Shown: one piece after another, positions 12,346 to 23,880 of the stretch
How the letters are laid out: every line of letters begins with the position of its first letter
Numbering within the stretch: the first letter of the stretch is position 1
Source of the DNA: Lama guanicoe
Taxonomy: Eukaryota
NCBI GenBank assembly: GCA_013239625.1
Contig: MU054049.1
Location: 135,015 to 199,014 of the forward strand
Direction of reading: 5' to 3'
DNA: 64,000 nucleotides
Translations under genes and position numbers: made by a program
The notes under the pieces: generated by a model
What the model was told of the DNA's origin: nothing
The model's database searches: none
Seen by the model: the letters and a program-made list of their open reading frames with translations, nothing else

Positions 12346-12829
12346 TACATCCCATGACTTTCAGCAGGTATTTGTTCTCAGGCTTTGTGTGAGGGTTTAA
12401 CCTAGGGAAGGGACCAATCATACATTCTCTCATGAAAAGACTCACTTCTGTTAAGTACATTCTCCTCCCGGGTCTTTTGAAAGGCAAGTCGACCCACTGG
12501 GAACAGGGGCTGTGTATCACACTTTTCAGGAACCAGCTCCTGGACAAGCCAGCTTGTCCAGTCCCCCTGAGCCTGCCCAGCAGACTCCCAGCTGCAGACA
12601 AAATGTTTATCTAGCTCAGACCTCCCCCAGATGGAGCTCTGCTCCTGCCTCAGCACCCGCCCTGGACGGAAGTCCCCCTCTGACAACAGAAACGTCCTCG
12701 ACACAGATGAACGAACGCCCCATTCGTGATTTCCACCAAGTCCCACTACAGGCGCACAAGTCTTTTCACCTCCTCTACAAGATGGAATGGAAAGTAAGCC
12801 TGAGTCTCTAAAGAATTTTTATTGGCCCT

Positions 12830-12900
12830 GCCTGTCATTTACTTTGGCTCCATAAATCAAAGGGACTTTAGGCTGCAAAACAGAGGCAGCCCCCTCGTAG
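12830..12900. promoter_or_regulatory. Candidate enhancer core: MEIS + PBX-HOX + TCF/LEF + CTCF-like motifs
   Basis: ctgtca (12832-37), ccataaatca = TGATTTATGG on minus (12850-59), atcaaag (12857-63), cagccccctcgtag (12887-900), all in non-repetitive DNA. Confidence 0.4.
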
Positions 12901-13329
12901 TATTCCATCAGGATGTGCTGTGGGCACAGTATATTGTACTTACTGGGTCAAACAAACATCTTTTCATCTGTCCGTGATTCCATTTATGATGTGGCGGCTT
13001 TCCTTCTAGTTAATTTCACTCCTCTGATGGACCGTTAAGGGACCCGGGCTGTTCTTAAGCAAGGTAATGATTGCTCTTTTCAGTGTTTCCCTCATTAACT
13101 TGATCTAGACTCCAGAGGAATTTTTCTGAGGCCGTAGAATAAAACCAGGCACTGTCTTCTGCCTCTTCCACCTACCCCTGCCCTCCCGAAGGCATAAGAT
13201 ACAGCAGAAGGTCCCTCACCCAGCCTAGTTCACAACCAGTTCACCATGACGCATAAGAACGGTGAAACCTTCGTGGTGATTTATCCCTAAAAGGACATTT
13301 CTGTTGACTTTATTTCTTTCTCCTTTTAG

Positions 13330-14220
13330 TTTTGCTGAGAAATTGCAAAAGTAATCAGTGTACAGTATCACTTGTTACAGAGGTGGATAAGAAAAAAACG
13401 TGATTTTAGCTGCACTTTTGGAATTTTTAAAAAGTTTTTAAAAAGAAATTGAATCATACCAAACAGACTGCTTTTCAATTGCTTTTCTGAAAATTTAATT
13501 TCATTTTAATTTTTAAACTGGAGTAGTGGGCATGGAACCCAGGACCTCATGCACGCTAAACACACGCTCTACCACTGAGCTATACCCTCCTGCTTCAAGT
13601 GCTTTTTTCCCCCCACTAAACAACACACCAAGGAGTCTTCCAAATCAGTAGAGATAAATTGAACTCTTGAATTCCTCCCGGGTTTTTCATACTTTGTTTA
13701 ACCATGCCTCTGTTGGTGATATTTAAGTTGTCTACAATTTTTGACTCTTAGACATAATCCAGCTATTCACATCTGTGTGTTTTGTGCAACTGTATGTATA
13801 GGACAAATACTTCGAAATAACATTTTTGAGGAGAAGAAATTCCTGCTTCCAGTACTGGGGGATACCATTCACCTTCCAGTCAAAGTCATTCTTCTTTGTT
13901 TTCCCCAGGGCATTGTAAGAGAGCCCGCCTTCCTGTCCTGTTGCACCTTGGGTGTTATGTATCATTTATAATTTTTGCTAACCTGAAGAGCAAAAGTTGT
14001 ATGTCATTGTTTTAACCTACAGTTCCTTGATTAATAGGGAGACTGAGCGTCTTGTCCTACGTTTATCAATCTTTTCTCTTACTCTACGATGTGTCACTTT
14101 TTCTATTGGATTGTTGCAAGTTTTTGTGGGTTGATTAGTCAGTCTTTCATTTCCAAAATAATATTTCTGCTTTCACGCCTTGTGTCTAAAAGCCTGTTCT
14201 TTCTCAAGATTAGAAAATTC
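13330..14220 (-). mobile_element. L1ME-type relic (interrupted by a SINE)
   Basis: ttaaccatgcctctgttggtgatatttaagttgtctacaattt...tttttgctaacctga...gactgagcgtctt: antisense L1 ORF2/3' motifs. Confidence 0.65.
13495..13590 (-). mobile_element. Camelid tRNA-derived SINE (vic-1 type)
   Basis: gaacccaggacctcatgcacgctaaacacacgctctaccactgagctataccctcc; degenerate TSD ttcaattgcttttt / ttcaagtgcttttt. Confidence 0.85.
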
Positions 14221-14222
14221 TT

Positions 14223-14680
14223 TGTGCCAGTGTTCTTGGTTGCAAGCAGTAGAAACCAATGTTATTTAACAGAGATTTATTAGAAGGATATTGGATATCT
14301 TGGTGACAGGGTGGGGTGTTTGGAAGCAAGCTTTGGATAAAAGGTCAGATTAAGGAGAGGCTGGAGAACCTGGAGCACAGCGAAATGATATGATGGGGAC
14401 AGTCCGGGGCCACTGATGGCCTTGTCCCTGGGTACTTGCTGCCAAGAGGGCTGCTGTCATCTCTCCTCAATACTGGCTGCTGGTGGCTGCTGTCCCATCA
14501 TCACCACCCATCACCTACTTCCCCACCACCATCAGCCCTGCTGCTATGCGCTCCAATGGTACCAACACTTCCCACCACCATCTCCATCACTGCCACCACT
14601 AGAGTGGATTTTGAACCTTCCCCTGATTCTTTGCAGTCCTGGTTCCAGGCTCAAAGTCTTAAAGTGCTAAGTTTAGCTGT
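14223..14680 (-). mobile_element. MLT1N2-like MaLR LTR
   Basis: ttcttggttgcaagcagtagaaacc...atttattagaaggatattgg...ggctggagaacc...ccactgccaccact...ctcaaagtc. Confidence 0.65.
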
Positions 14681-14709
14681 CAGGAGTCAGGGAGAATAAC
14701 CTGACACTT

Positions 14710-15640
14710 AGATTAATTTAAGGATGATTGGCTTCTTTAGAATATTAAGTCTTCCTATCTGGGAACGTGGTATGTGTTAAAATCTCCCATATTTCTGATA
14801 ATGTTTGTTAACAAAATGCTTGTCTGATTCTTACTCATTTATAGGATGATTCTATTTTCTCAGCATTTACGATTTTTCTCTTCATCTTCTGTGTTTTAAA
14901 ATGTTACATGATACTTTTTTCATTCATCCTCATAGGATGTATGGGCCATTTCGATCTAGAGTTCCTTCTCCATGTTTTTCTGGCAGACTTCCTTGACTTT
15001 ATCTTTTGGTTCATTTACTGATGACTGTTTGGAGAACATGGAATGAATGGCAGATCATATGTAAAATGTCCAAGAAGGCATTTTCCTCAGAATATTCTTT
15101 TATGAATGTACACTCTTCCTGAAGTTCTGAGAGTACTAGAGTTTTTAAAGTTTCTTTTGTTCATTGAATTATGTGTATGTCCAAAGGAGTCTGTTCTACT
15201 GTCTGCCATTTCAGTCTTCATGTCACACATGCTGACTTGCTCTACCTCCCTGGTGCATCCCTGTTTGGAAATCAGATTAGTTCTCAGAGATGGTGGATAC
15301 AATGGCTCCTTTTCCCAGGAGGCTTCTTGTCAGATTACATCGGCTGCTTGGGGGCTCTGGATACCTGGGCGAGGCTAGTGGGCTCCCCTAATGTGCAATG
15401 GAGAGCAAGTCTTCAGGCTGAAGTTGTGGCTATTAATTGAGTTCAGTGGTGTTGACATCAGAAAGCAGAAGCCCTCCCTCTGGCCTTACTTGCCTCCCCT
15501 CCTGCCCCTCTGGCTGACCTGGGTTGTGCCTGGCTGCAGAGGGGAGACCCCTTTTCCTGTATCCATTTGTCCAGGGGAGCTGACAAACAGCTTCCTCTGA
15601 GTTCCTACACTCTGCTGGTGAATTTCCATTCCATCCTCCA
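14710..15640 (-). mobile_element. Old L1M ORF2/5' region relics
   Basis: aatattaagtcttcctatctgggaacgtggtatg, followed by T-rich antisense L1 5'-type sequence. Confidence 0.5.
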
Positions 15641-16872
15641 CCTTGTGCCAGTAATAACATTTCACACTTGTCTGACACTTTTTCTCCTCTGAGCTCCAAG
15701 CACTTTACAAGCAAACAGTTACTATTATTGCCCTCGGAATTCTGATGGAAAAGCTGAGTTACAGGATGAAAGCTGCCATGGTTGGGGGTGAGGGTGAGGG
15801 TGAGGTTCCCAGACACCCAGGCCAGCCCCCAACCCAGGGCAGGACCAAAGCGAGCACCCCAGCCCCCAAGGGGAGGGGGCCCGGGCCTTTGAAGAAGAAC
15901 TTAAGGAGAGGTGGCTCAGGGGAGGGTCATCAGCACTGGCTCGCTGGCAGCCTCCTCAGAGCCCTCTTGCCCCAGGGTAAAGCTAATGGCACTGTCACTC
16001 TTTCCTCATGACAGCAGAAGAGAATGGGGCTCTTGGAGCCATTCCCTGGAAGGAAAGGTGCGTCAATGCTTTATGGGTTCTTTTCTGGGGATGACAAGAC
16101 TCACGGAAGCTGTAGTGACATCAGCTTGCCTTGAGGAACAAGAAGCAGGTCTGTCAGGTAGCCCCAGACGGTGGAATAAAGGTCAATTGATGTCAGATCC
16201 ACAGGGCAGGGTTTCAATATTTGGAGGTCTTGTCGATGCAGTGAGCTGCCCAGAGGGGAGTGAACGCCTGTCCATGGAGGGGTCCCAGTGGAAGCTGGTC
16301 CGGACATCAGTGTGGATGTGCATCCTTGCGTGGGACTTGGGCATGAAGACACAAAAACCTCTTTCAACCCCGACATGTGCATCAGAAGATGTGACTCTCA
16401 TGCCATCCCCTCCAGGTGGTAGAAGCCTTGGCGCTGGGACCCTGAATCTCCAGGATGTGTCACACCCTGCTGGATGCACTAAGCTCCTCAGTTTCCTGTT
16501 TCTCCTTCTTTTGATGGAAAACTTTGATCTGGGGAGTGCATCTTCCCCCTTCTGTAGGAGGTTTGGCCCCCTGGAAGGTGACTAGAAGGAATACCTGTGA
16601 CCATGAAATTTTCAGCAGCCAAAAAAGACCCTGTTGACTTAAGTGTCTGCTGAGTTGGTTCGGGGTGTCAGCAGTGAGGGGGCGTGTGCTGAATTCAGCT
16701 GCCTCCAGTCCAGTGGCTGAAGTCCAGTGGCTGGAGTTCAGCCCTCGATGACCTGGGCACACATCCATTTCAGGAAGGATTCATGGAACCATGAGGATGG
16801 AGGGGACATCTGGCCAGGCAGCAACTGAGAACAAGCCATCTTTACCCCAGTGATCACAGGAGGAGGCAGGCG

Positions 16873-16890
16873 GTGTGTGTGTGTGTGTGT
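16873..16890 (+). repeat. (GT)n microsatellite
   Basis: About 9 GT units. Confidence 0.9.
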
Positions 16891-17399
16891 GACCGCATTT
16901 ACCAAGCAGATGCAATGCAGAGCGCATCTGTACGTGTTATAGCTCAGTTAAACCTTTCACGGCCCAGAGAGATGGGTCTCAGAATTTCATTTTGCAGATG
17001 AGAGATTGGAGGCAAAGTAACCAGCCCAGGGTCTTAGCACCTGCTGGGAGCAGAGCTGGGTTTTACACACAATTGCCCCTGACTCTGACACTCTCTCTAC
17101 TCTGTAACATTCCTGCCTTGAAGTTATCTGCCACAAACGGGATCCCACGGACCTCATCTGACAGCCTGGAGTCTTTTCTGGCTGGCAGAGCCCTCCCAGG
17201 CCCCAAGGACTCTTTCCCAAGGGCTGGCTGCCCTGCGAGTCCCTGACGGCTTCTCTGGGGTCCAACCCCGAGCACAGACTCGGCGGAGAGCCCTGGGCTG
17301 AGGCCCAGGCACAGCAGGGCAGCCCTTGTCCAGCCCTGTGGTTTGTGATCTGGCCATTCATAACTGGCTCTGAGTATGCATTGCCATTCTTCCACGACC

Positions 17400-17940
17400 A
17401 CCCAGTTGGCCCCACGCTGCCTGGAAGCGAAGCACCGAGCTGCCCAAGCCAGCGGCTGCTCAGCTCCGGGCCTGGCCGCTCCCGCCCTCTGTCTGCCACC
17501 CCCGCTGCAGCTGGCCCGGCCTGCCCAGCCGAGGGGATGCCGGAGCCCAGAAACAGCAGGGCCTGAGCATCCCCCTACCAGCCACAAAGGGAGATTCACA
17601 AATCAAAGGGGCCCGAGAGAACAAAGCTGTCACATCAGCCCATCACGGGGCCGGATCTCAAAATAACACCGGGCCAGAGGCCTGCCAGCTGTGAGTCACC
17701 ACCCGGCCAGAGCAGCCGTGGTGGGCCCCAGGCAGAGGGGGAAAAACACCTCGGTGGCCAGCTGGCTGCTCCCGACCAGATTCGGGAGGTGCGGGAGTAT
17801 GCGGGGTGGTTCCGCACATAGTGCCGTGATGTGGACAGGAGTTAACCGCGGTGGGTGCACTGTAGGGGCAGGAGGGGGTGAGGAGAAACGGTCACAGCGA
17901 GGATTCCTCTGCCTCTCCCCGAGGATGCAGTCTGTCTCCC
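17400..17940. promoter_or_regulatory. CpG-rich (orphan CpG-island-like) candidate regulatory element
   Basis: About 30 CpGs by eye in ~540 bp of GC-rich unique DNA; three CAAAG (TCF/SOX) cores at 17585, 17604 and 17622; AP-1 tgagtca at 17692. Confidence 0.45.
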
Positions 17941-18359
17941 TCCATCCTGCCAACCTGTTCCCAGCCTCTGTGATGATGCCGGTGAGGCTGGCACAGCCTT
18001 AGAGGTCACTCTCTCACCTGAATGTGGCCCTAGGCTGCCGGCTCACTTCTTCCCGATGACCAAGGAGAGTCAAGATGCTGAATGAGCTTCAGGTCCTCTG
18101 ATGTCACACGGTGGTAGCTTGCGGACCTAGGGCTTGCCCTCAAGTCTTCTGGTTTCCTCACCGTGCGTGAACCCCACCTCCTTCCTCTTCAAAGCTCTGA
18201 CCTATCACGTGGTTGGGGTACTCAGGAGACACTTGCATATGTCATTATTTCCCTTTCCTGCTAGTGGAAGAGCTTTCCTGATGTCATTCCTCTCTCTTAT
18301 CACGTCATCCTGAAAACCTGTTCCTTCCTTCCTTCCAGAATCCTTTATTTCTGCTGCCT

Positions 18360-19052
18360 TTCCTCCATCCACTGGTAACCTCTAATCTGCTCTCTGTCTC
18401 TACTGGTTTGCCTGTTCTAGATAAATCGTATAAACTGAAACACATAATATGCGACCTTTTGTGTCTGGATTCTTTCACTAAGCATAATGTTTATGAGATT
18501 TATCCAAGTTGTACCATGGATCAGGACTTCATTCTTTTTTATGGCTGAATACTATTCCAGGGTATGGATAAACCATAATTTATTTATTCATTCATCCACT
18601 GATGACGTTTAGGTTGCTTTCACCTTTGGCTTTTATGAATAATGTGGCTATGAACATTCATGTATAAGATTTTGTACGGACAAATGTTTTCATTTCTCTT
18701 GTCTATGCACCTAAGAGTTGGGTAACTGGGTCGTATGGTAATTCTCTCTGCTTAGCTTTTTGAGGAACTGCCCAACTGTTCTCCAAAACAGCCGTACCAT
18801 TTTGCCTTCCCATCAGCAGTGCGTGAGAGTTGCAATTTCTCCCCATCCTAGCCAAACTCATTATCATTTGACTTTTTGATTAGAGCCATCCTAGTGGGTG
18901 TGAAGTGGTATCTCATTATGCTGTTGATTTGAATTTCCCTCATGACTACCAATGTCAACCATCTTTCATGTTCATGTTCATAAGCCATTTGTACATATCT
19001 TCCTTGGGGAAATGCCTACTCAATCTTTTGCCCATTTTTAAGTTGAGTTATC

Positions 19053-19105
<53 letters not shown>

Positions 19106-19605
19106 TTGGTAGAGGGAGGTAATTAGGTTTATTTATTTACTTTTTTTTAACGGAGGTACTGGGGATTGAACCCAGGACCTCACGCATGCTAGACACACAC
19201 TCTACCCCTGAGCTATACCCTACCCCCAGTTGTCTTTTTATTATTGACTTGTAAGGTATTCTTTATATATTCTGGATATTCAACTTTTATCAGATACATG
19301 ATTTGTGAGAATTTTCCCATTTCATAGGATGTCTTTTCACTTTCTTGACAATATCCTTTGATACACAGAAGTTTCACATCGTTACAAAGTCAAATTTGTC
19401 TAATTTTTCTTCTGTTGCTCACACTTTTGGTGCCATAGCTAAGAATCCTTTGCCAAACTCAAGGTCATGAAGATTTATCCTTATGTTTTCTTCTAAGAGT
19501 TTAACAATTTTAGCTCCTCTCTTTAGGTCATTGATGGATTTTGAGCGAATTATCGGTTGTGAGGTTTAGATCCACTCTTTGCATGTGAATATCGAGTTGA
19601 CCCAC
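18360..19605 (-). mobile_element. L1MB-type 3' region (interrupted by a SINE)
   Basis: ctggtaacctctaatctgctctctgtctct...ttttatggctgaatactattcc...tttttgaggaactgcc...ctttgccaaactcaaggtcatgaaga. Confidence 0.85.
19056..19227 (-). mobile_element. vic-1 type SINE with (TTA)~16 tail
   Basis: ggaggtactggggattgaacccaggacctc...tgagctataccc; TSD agttatctttttatt / agttgtctttttatt. Confidence 0.9.
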
Positions 19606-20399
19606 TTGAATGGATATTCAGATGAGAAACAGAGCTTTTAAACTTTTTTCTACCTGAGTCCTTATGTATTTCGCTATTTGGATGAACAGAAGTGTTCACA
19701 TAGGGATGCATGTAAGCCAGTTCACATTTTTCGAGTTCAGAATTGTCGTGTGAACTAAATGTATGCAACACTTAGGTAGCACAGAGTTGAATGGAACCTA
19801 ATGGGGGCACTTAAGGTCAGTGTAGGGGGCATAAATTTTCAGACTATTTAGAAGGAAAATAAAAGTAGAGGAATCCTTCCCTACAGGGGCGCTTCACTTG
19901 CCTGTGCTGTGTTCTCTCTGTTTCTTTCTGAAATAATGTTCCTCCAAAGCCAGGGAGGTGATAGGGGGCCTGTCTTAGCGCTCATCCACTCTGTGTGTGC
20001 TGGTGGCGCCTCCTCTGTGGCTGGGTCATTTGGGTGGACAAGGCCAGCCTCCGGAGACAGCCCTTGCCCTGGGAAGGCATGGTTGCCACCTTGGAGCTTC
20101 CCCTGGAGATGGCAGTGCCTTGCACCTGCCTGGGGGCCCAGCCCTGGTTCTCTCCCAATTAGTGGAGGACTGGCTCTCAGATGTCACCTCCACACATCAG
20201 ACTGTGCATCAGCATGAGGCGAGTGCTGCTCTGAGAATGTCATCTTCTATGTGTCCACATCCCAGGAACAGGGTGCTGGAAGGTTTCTCCCATGAGCTGC
20301 AGGGTTTAGTAAGTTATTTTCCCAGGGCCCCCCTCTTGGGGGTGATGTTCACCATCCTAGATTCTACTTTCTTAACTGATTACCTCTAATTACTGCCAT

Positions 20400-21600
20400 C
20401 ACTTCTCTGCTCCCTACTTATGTCATCACCCAGAACTCAATATTCTCCCTTTTTCCATAACTTCCTTCCTTATAAATGTCATCATCATCATCAGTCATTC
20501 TGGAAACAGGCCACTGGATGTCCCAGACCACTGCTCCCTCCACTTTCTTCTTACCTCTGGGCTCCCTCCTGCCCTCCTCTGTTCCTCCCCTGCTCAGACT
20601 CCTTGAAGCATCATGGCAGCCTCTCTCTCGCAGATATCATCGCATGTCCTGCATCACTCTTCTTGGATTGGGTCCCCCGGCAACATCCCAGCCATGAGTT
20701 GAGCCAACCACTCTTTTCTCAGACCTGCTATATGGGCATTTCGGTGCTGCTGGATAAAATCAGTCCGCCAACATGTGCTCACCAGAGTCATAGGCACCCC
20801 GTTCCCTGCAGCGGCTGTTTCCAAACTTCCCATCCACTCTCAGGAGGATGGCCCCCTCTTTCCTTGCAGCCACCACGGAAGCCTAGCCTCCCTCCTGTCA
20901 CTGTCTGCTACACCCTTCTTGTGCCAGGCTTCGGGGCTTTGCCCTTTGATGGACCATTTTTTCTCTCATCATTCTCTTTGTTTACTGTTTCTTCACTGGT
21001 TTCTGCTTCTTTCTCCCTTCACACAAAGAAAAGAGCCCTGGTTTTCCCTAAACCCCCTCAATCACTGCCTCAGCTCTCTCCTTTTTTGACCAAATTTCTT
21101 GTCCCTTCCAAGCCTCATGCCAGGGCCCCTCCTCTGCTTGTTGGCACCCTCCCAGGGAGCCTACTGTGCAGGGATGGGAGCTGCAGCCTTACAAGCTGAG
21201 TGAGCACCTTGCTGCTGAACCCAACCCGGAGGGAATCTTTCAGTCTTGAGCTTTCATGATTTCTCTGCAACATGGGCGTTTGGGGACCATTTCCTCCTTG
21301 GTTTCCAAGGTGATGCTTTGCTCATGGGGCCCCCCACCCTGCTAGTGTGCTCCGCCTCCAGTTCCTTTGCAAGCTCCCTTCTCTGCCTCCCGGTGACTTA
21401 AACATTGGGTCTCCGGCTCTGTCCTTGCCCGTCTTCTCTCCATGCACCCCTCTTCATCCTGGGTCACCTTCTCCACTCTGAGGTCTCCCATGGTCTGGGA
21501 GGTGTGGAGATGGATGTCCCCTTCCTCACGCACTGTGGGTGCTAGTCTGCTGATGCTCTCTGCTTGGTGGACCGATGGGGATGGTCTAGTGGCCTTACCA
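20400..21600 (+). mobile_element. L2 ORF2 relic
   Basis: Long C/T-rich tract with decayed L2 RT region (gatttctctgcaacat...gaccatttcctccttgg...aaacattggg...tgtccttgcccgtcttctct). Confidence 0.65.
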
Positions 21601-21684
21601 GGAATGCCATGAAGACTCTGGCCTCTAAGGTCAGAGCTGAGGGCCCTCTGGAGAGCAGGGTTCCGACCAGATCCTCACCCCTCA

Positions 21685-21835
21685 CTACTGTGCAGTCCTC
21701 GGGGCAGCAGCGTGGGCATCACTCAGGCGCTTGTCAAATGCACCTGATCGCAGCCCTGCCCCAGGATCCAGAACCGAATATGGGTATTGACAAGGCCCCT
21801 GGGGGATTTACACGCACAGCAGAGTGCGAGGGGGC
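21685..21835. mobile_element. MER5-family hAT fragment
   Basis: cagcagcgtgggcatcactcagg...aaatgca...gccccagga...acaaggccc. Confidence 0.55.
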
Positions 21836-22047
21836 CCGTTTCAGTTTGCACAGCATCCGAGCTCAGAGCATTCTGAAACAGGGAGATCTCAGGGAACTTG
21901 CTTTCTTAAAATGCTTTTACCTCAAAATAGAGGTCAGTTTTTCCAGAGGAATTTGATGGAAGGAGCCTTATTGTTCTTCTTCTTTTTTTCTAATGGAATA
22001 GAAGCTTACGGGCAGCAAACAAAAGAGATCCTTGTTTAAAAGTCATT

Positions 22048-22172
22048 TTGTGTGTGTGTATAGGGGAGATAATTAGGGTTACTTATTTATGTTTAGGGGA
22101 GGTGCTGGGGATTGAACCCAGGACCTCATGCTTGCTAAGCATGCGCTCTACCACTTGAGCTATACCCTTCCC
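22048..22172 (-). mobile_element. vic-1 type SINE
   Basis: ggaggtgctggggattgaacccaggacctcatgcttgctaagcatgcgctctaccacttgagctatacccttccc. Confidence 0.9.
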
Positions 22173-22507
22173 TTGAGCTTCTTGTTTGAAAATAACCTTC
22201 ACCCCAGCTTTGTGGGCTACCAGGGGGAATCACATAAAAGAGGAAAAGCAGTAGCGATGTAGCTGCCTGGCTGGGCTGGAGGTGGGAGGATCTCAAGGTT
22301 GAAATGCTCACATCCACAGTCTGGGGCTGGGCCTGACCTTCCCTTGACCTTCTTGTTTGAAAATAACCCTCACCCCAGCTTTGTGGGCTACCAGGGGGAA
22401 ATCACATAAAAGAGGAAAAGCAGTAGCGATGTAGCTGCCTGGCTGGGCTGGAGGCGGGAGGATCTCAAGGTTGAAATGCTTGCATCCACAGTCTGGGGCT
22501 GGGCCTG
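22166..22507 (+). repeat. Tandem duplication, 2 x ~171 bp
   Basis: Units 22166-22336 and 22337-22507 differ at about 6 positions, including one 1-bp indel. Confidence 0.95.
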
Positions 22508-23339
22508 GGCCTGATAACACTCTGGGAGGAGGAGGGCGGGAGGATTTCCTTTGAGGGGCGGGGTGCATCTTTCACATTTCAGCCAAGGGCAGAGGCCCCC
22601 GAGGTGCAGCTCTCTCCCTAGCCTTCCCTCATCCGGCCCTTCAGGGCTGATGCTCCGACCCTTTGATCCCTGGACATGAACCCCTGGAACTTGAGTGCAC
22701 GGGTATTTGGTGGCTGAATATGACCAAAATCAACCCTGGCTTTTGAGCCAGCTCCTGAGGCCAAAAACAATAGCTCCTTCTGCTTCGCATTAACAGAGCG
22801 GTTTGGGTCTAGCTGGTAACTCACCCTGTCGCCAGTCCGGCCTCTGTAACCAGCACCCCTGTGCCCCGGGCAGACAAGGCCGGGGCTGTTTACAAGAAAC
22901 AAGAGCCCTGCTGTGGGGCCGGCATGTTCTGGTCCCATGTGCCACAAGAAGATAAGAGGCATGGAGAGGCAGGGAGCTTGGGACTGCCCCAGGCGCATAT
23001 GGTTTCCGGCAGAATAGAAAAGCTTGAACAAGAAAGCTCCTGGCTGCCTCCTGGGAAGGACCAGGGTCTGGGCTCCAGGACAGTCCTGCAGCCACAGCCC
23101 AAGGCCTTTGCTGTGTCTAGCTTCCATCTCATCACCCAGTATGTGCTGATTCTGGGCCAGTGGCCTTCCCCACTGTCCCTGCTGGGCACCTGTCACTCAC
23201 CATTGAACCCCTATCCTAGCTGTCACTTTCAATAAGCCTTGCTGTTCCCCGAGGCAGGTGCCTCTGGCATCATCATAGCACCCTGGTCCAGCAGCTCTTG
23301 TGTATGAGTCGTAACTGTGTCTCACCCTCCACCCTCCAT

Positions 23340-23715
23340 TGTAGGGCAGATTTGACAGGCTCTGAGTCACACTGTGGGTCCTCCTTTAAAAGAGGGCTCT
23401 CTGCTTCTCAGCTCTGAGAGGTACAGGTAGCCAATGTCCTCTGGCTGCTTCCAAGTCTAGTCATGTTCCCCCTGGGGCAGGCTCCATCGACGGCGGAGCA
23501 AGACAAGATACCAGGGCATCTCTCCTCCCCCAAGCAATGGTCCCTGGTTCAGCTCCAGAGCTCTGTGGGCCTGGCAGAGACTTGGTTGTATCTGCATCAC
23601 AGCCCGACCTCTCCCTGCCTAAGCCTGCATCCCTTCATAGGCAGTACTTGCCAGCCAATCTTCTGCACTCCTGACTGCCTCAGGATCTGCTTTCCAGAAA
23701 ACCCAGCTGGGACAG
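23340..23715 (+). mobile_element. LTR16-family ERVL solo LTR
   Basis: tgtag...cccctggggcag...cagctccagagctc...tgcatcacagcc...ctcaggatctgctttccagaaaaccca...gaca. Confidence 0.7.
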
Positions 23716-23790
23716 CCTGACAGGGCTGGGACCCATGTGTTCCCTGCACCTGGCACCTAAAGGATCTCAGAGAGGGTGAGGGGGAAGACT

Positions 23791-23880
23791 AGATGGATGG
23801 ATGGATGGTTAGATGAATGGATGGATGGATAGATGGATAGATGGATGGATGGATGGATAGGTGGATGAATGGACAGATGG
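23791..23880 (+). repeat. (GGAT)n imperfect tetranucleotide microsatellite
   Basis: Directly visible. Confidence 0.95.

Noticed and set aside
15911..16585. 224-aa ORF
   Set aside because: No recognisable homology or exon structure; non-ATG start; expected by chance in GC-rich DNA.
16706..16741. Short 14-bp tandem repeat (agtccagtggctga/gg); similar micro-repeats near 5553 and 5684
   Set aside because: Ordinary slippage-type micro-duplications with no further structure.
20420..21199. Longest ORF (259 aa)
   Set aside because: S/P/L/F-rich translation of a pyrimidine-rich L2 relic; no recognisable domain.
22166..22507. Direct repeats as a CRISPR-like array
   Set aside because: Two contiguous 171-bp units with no spacers, in mammalian DNA.
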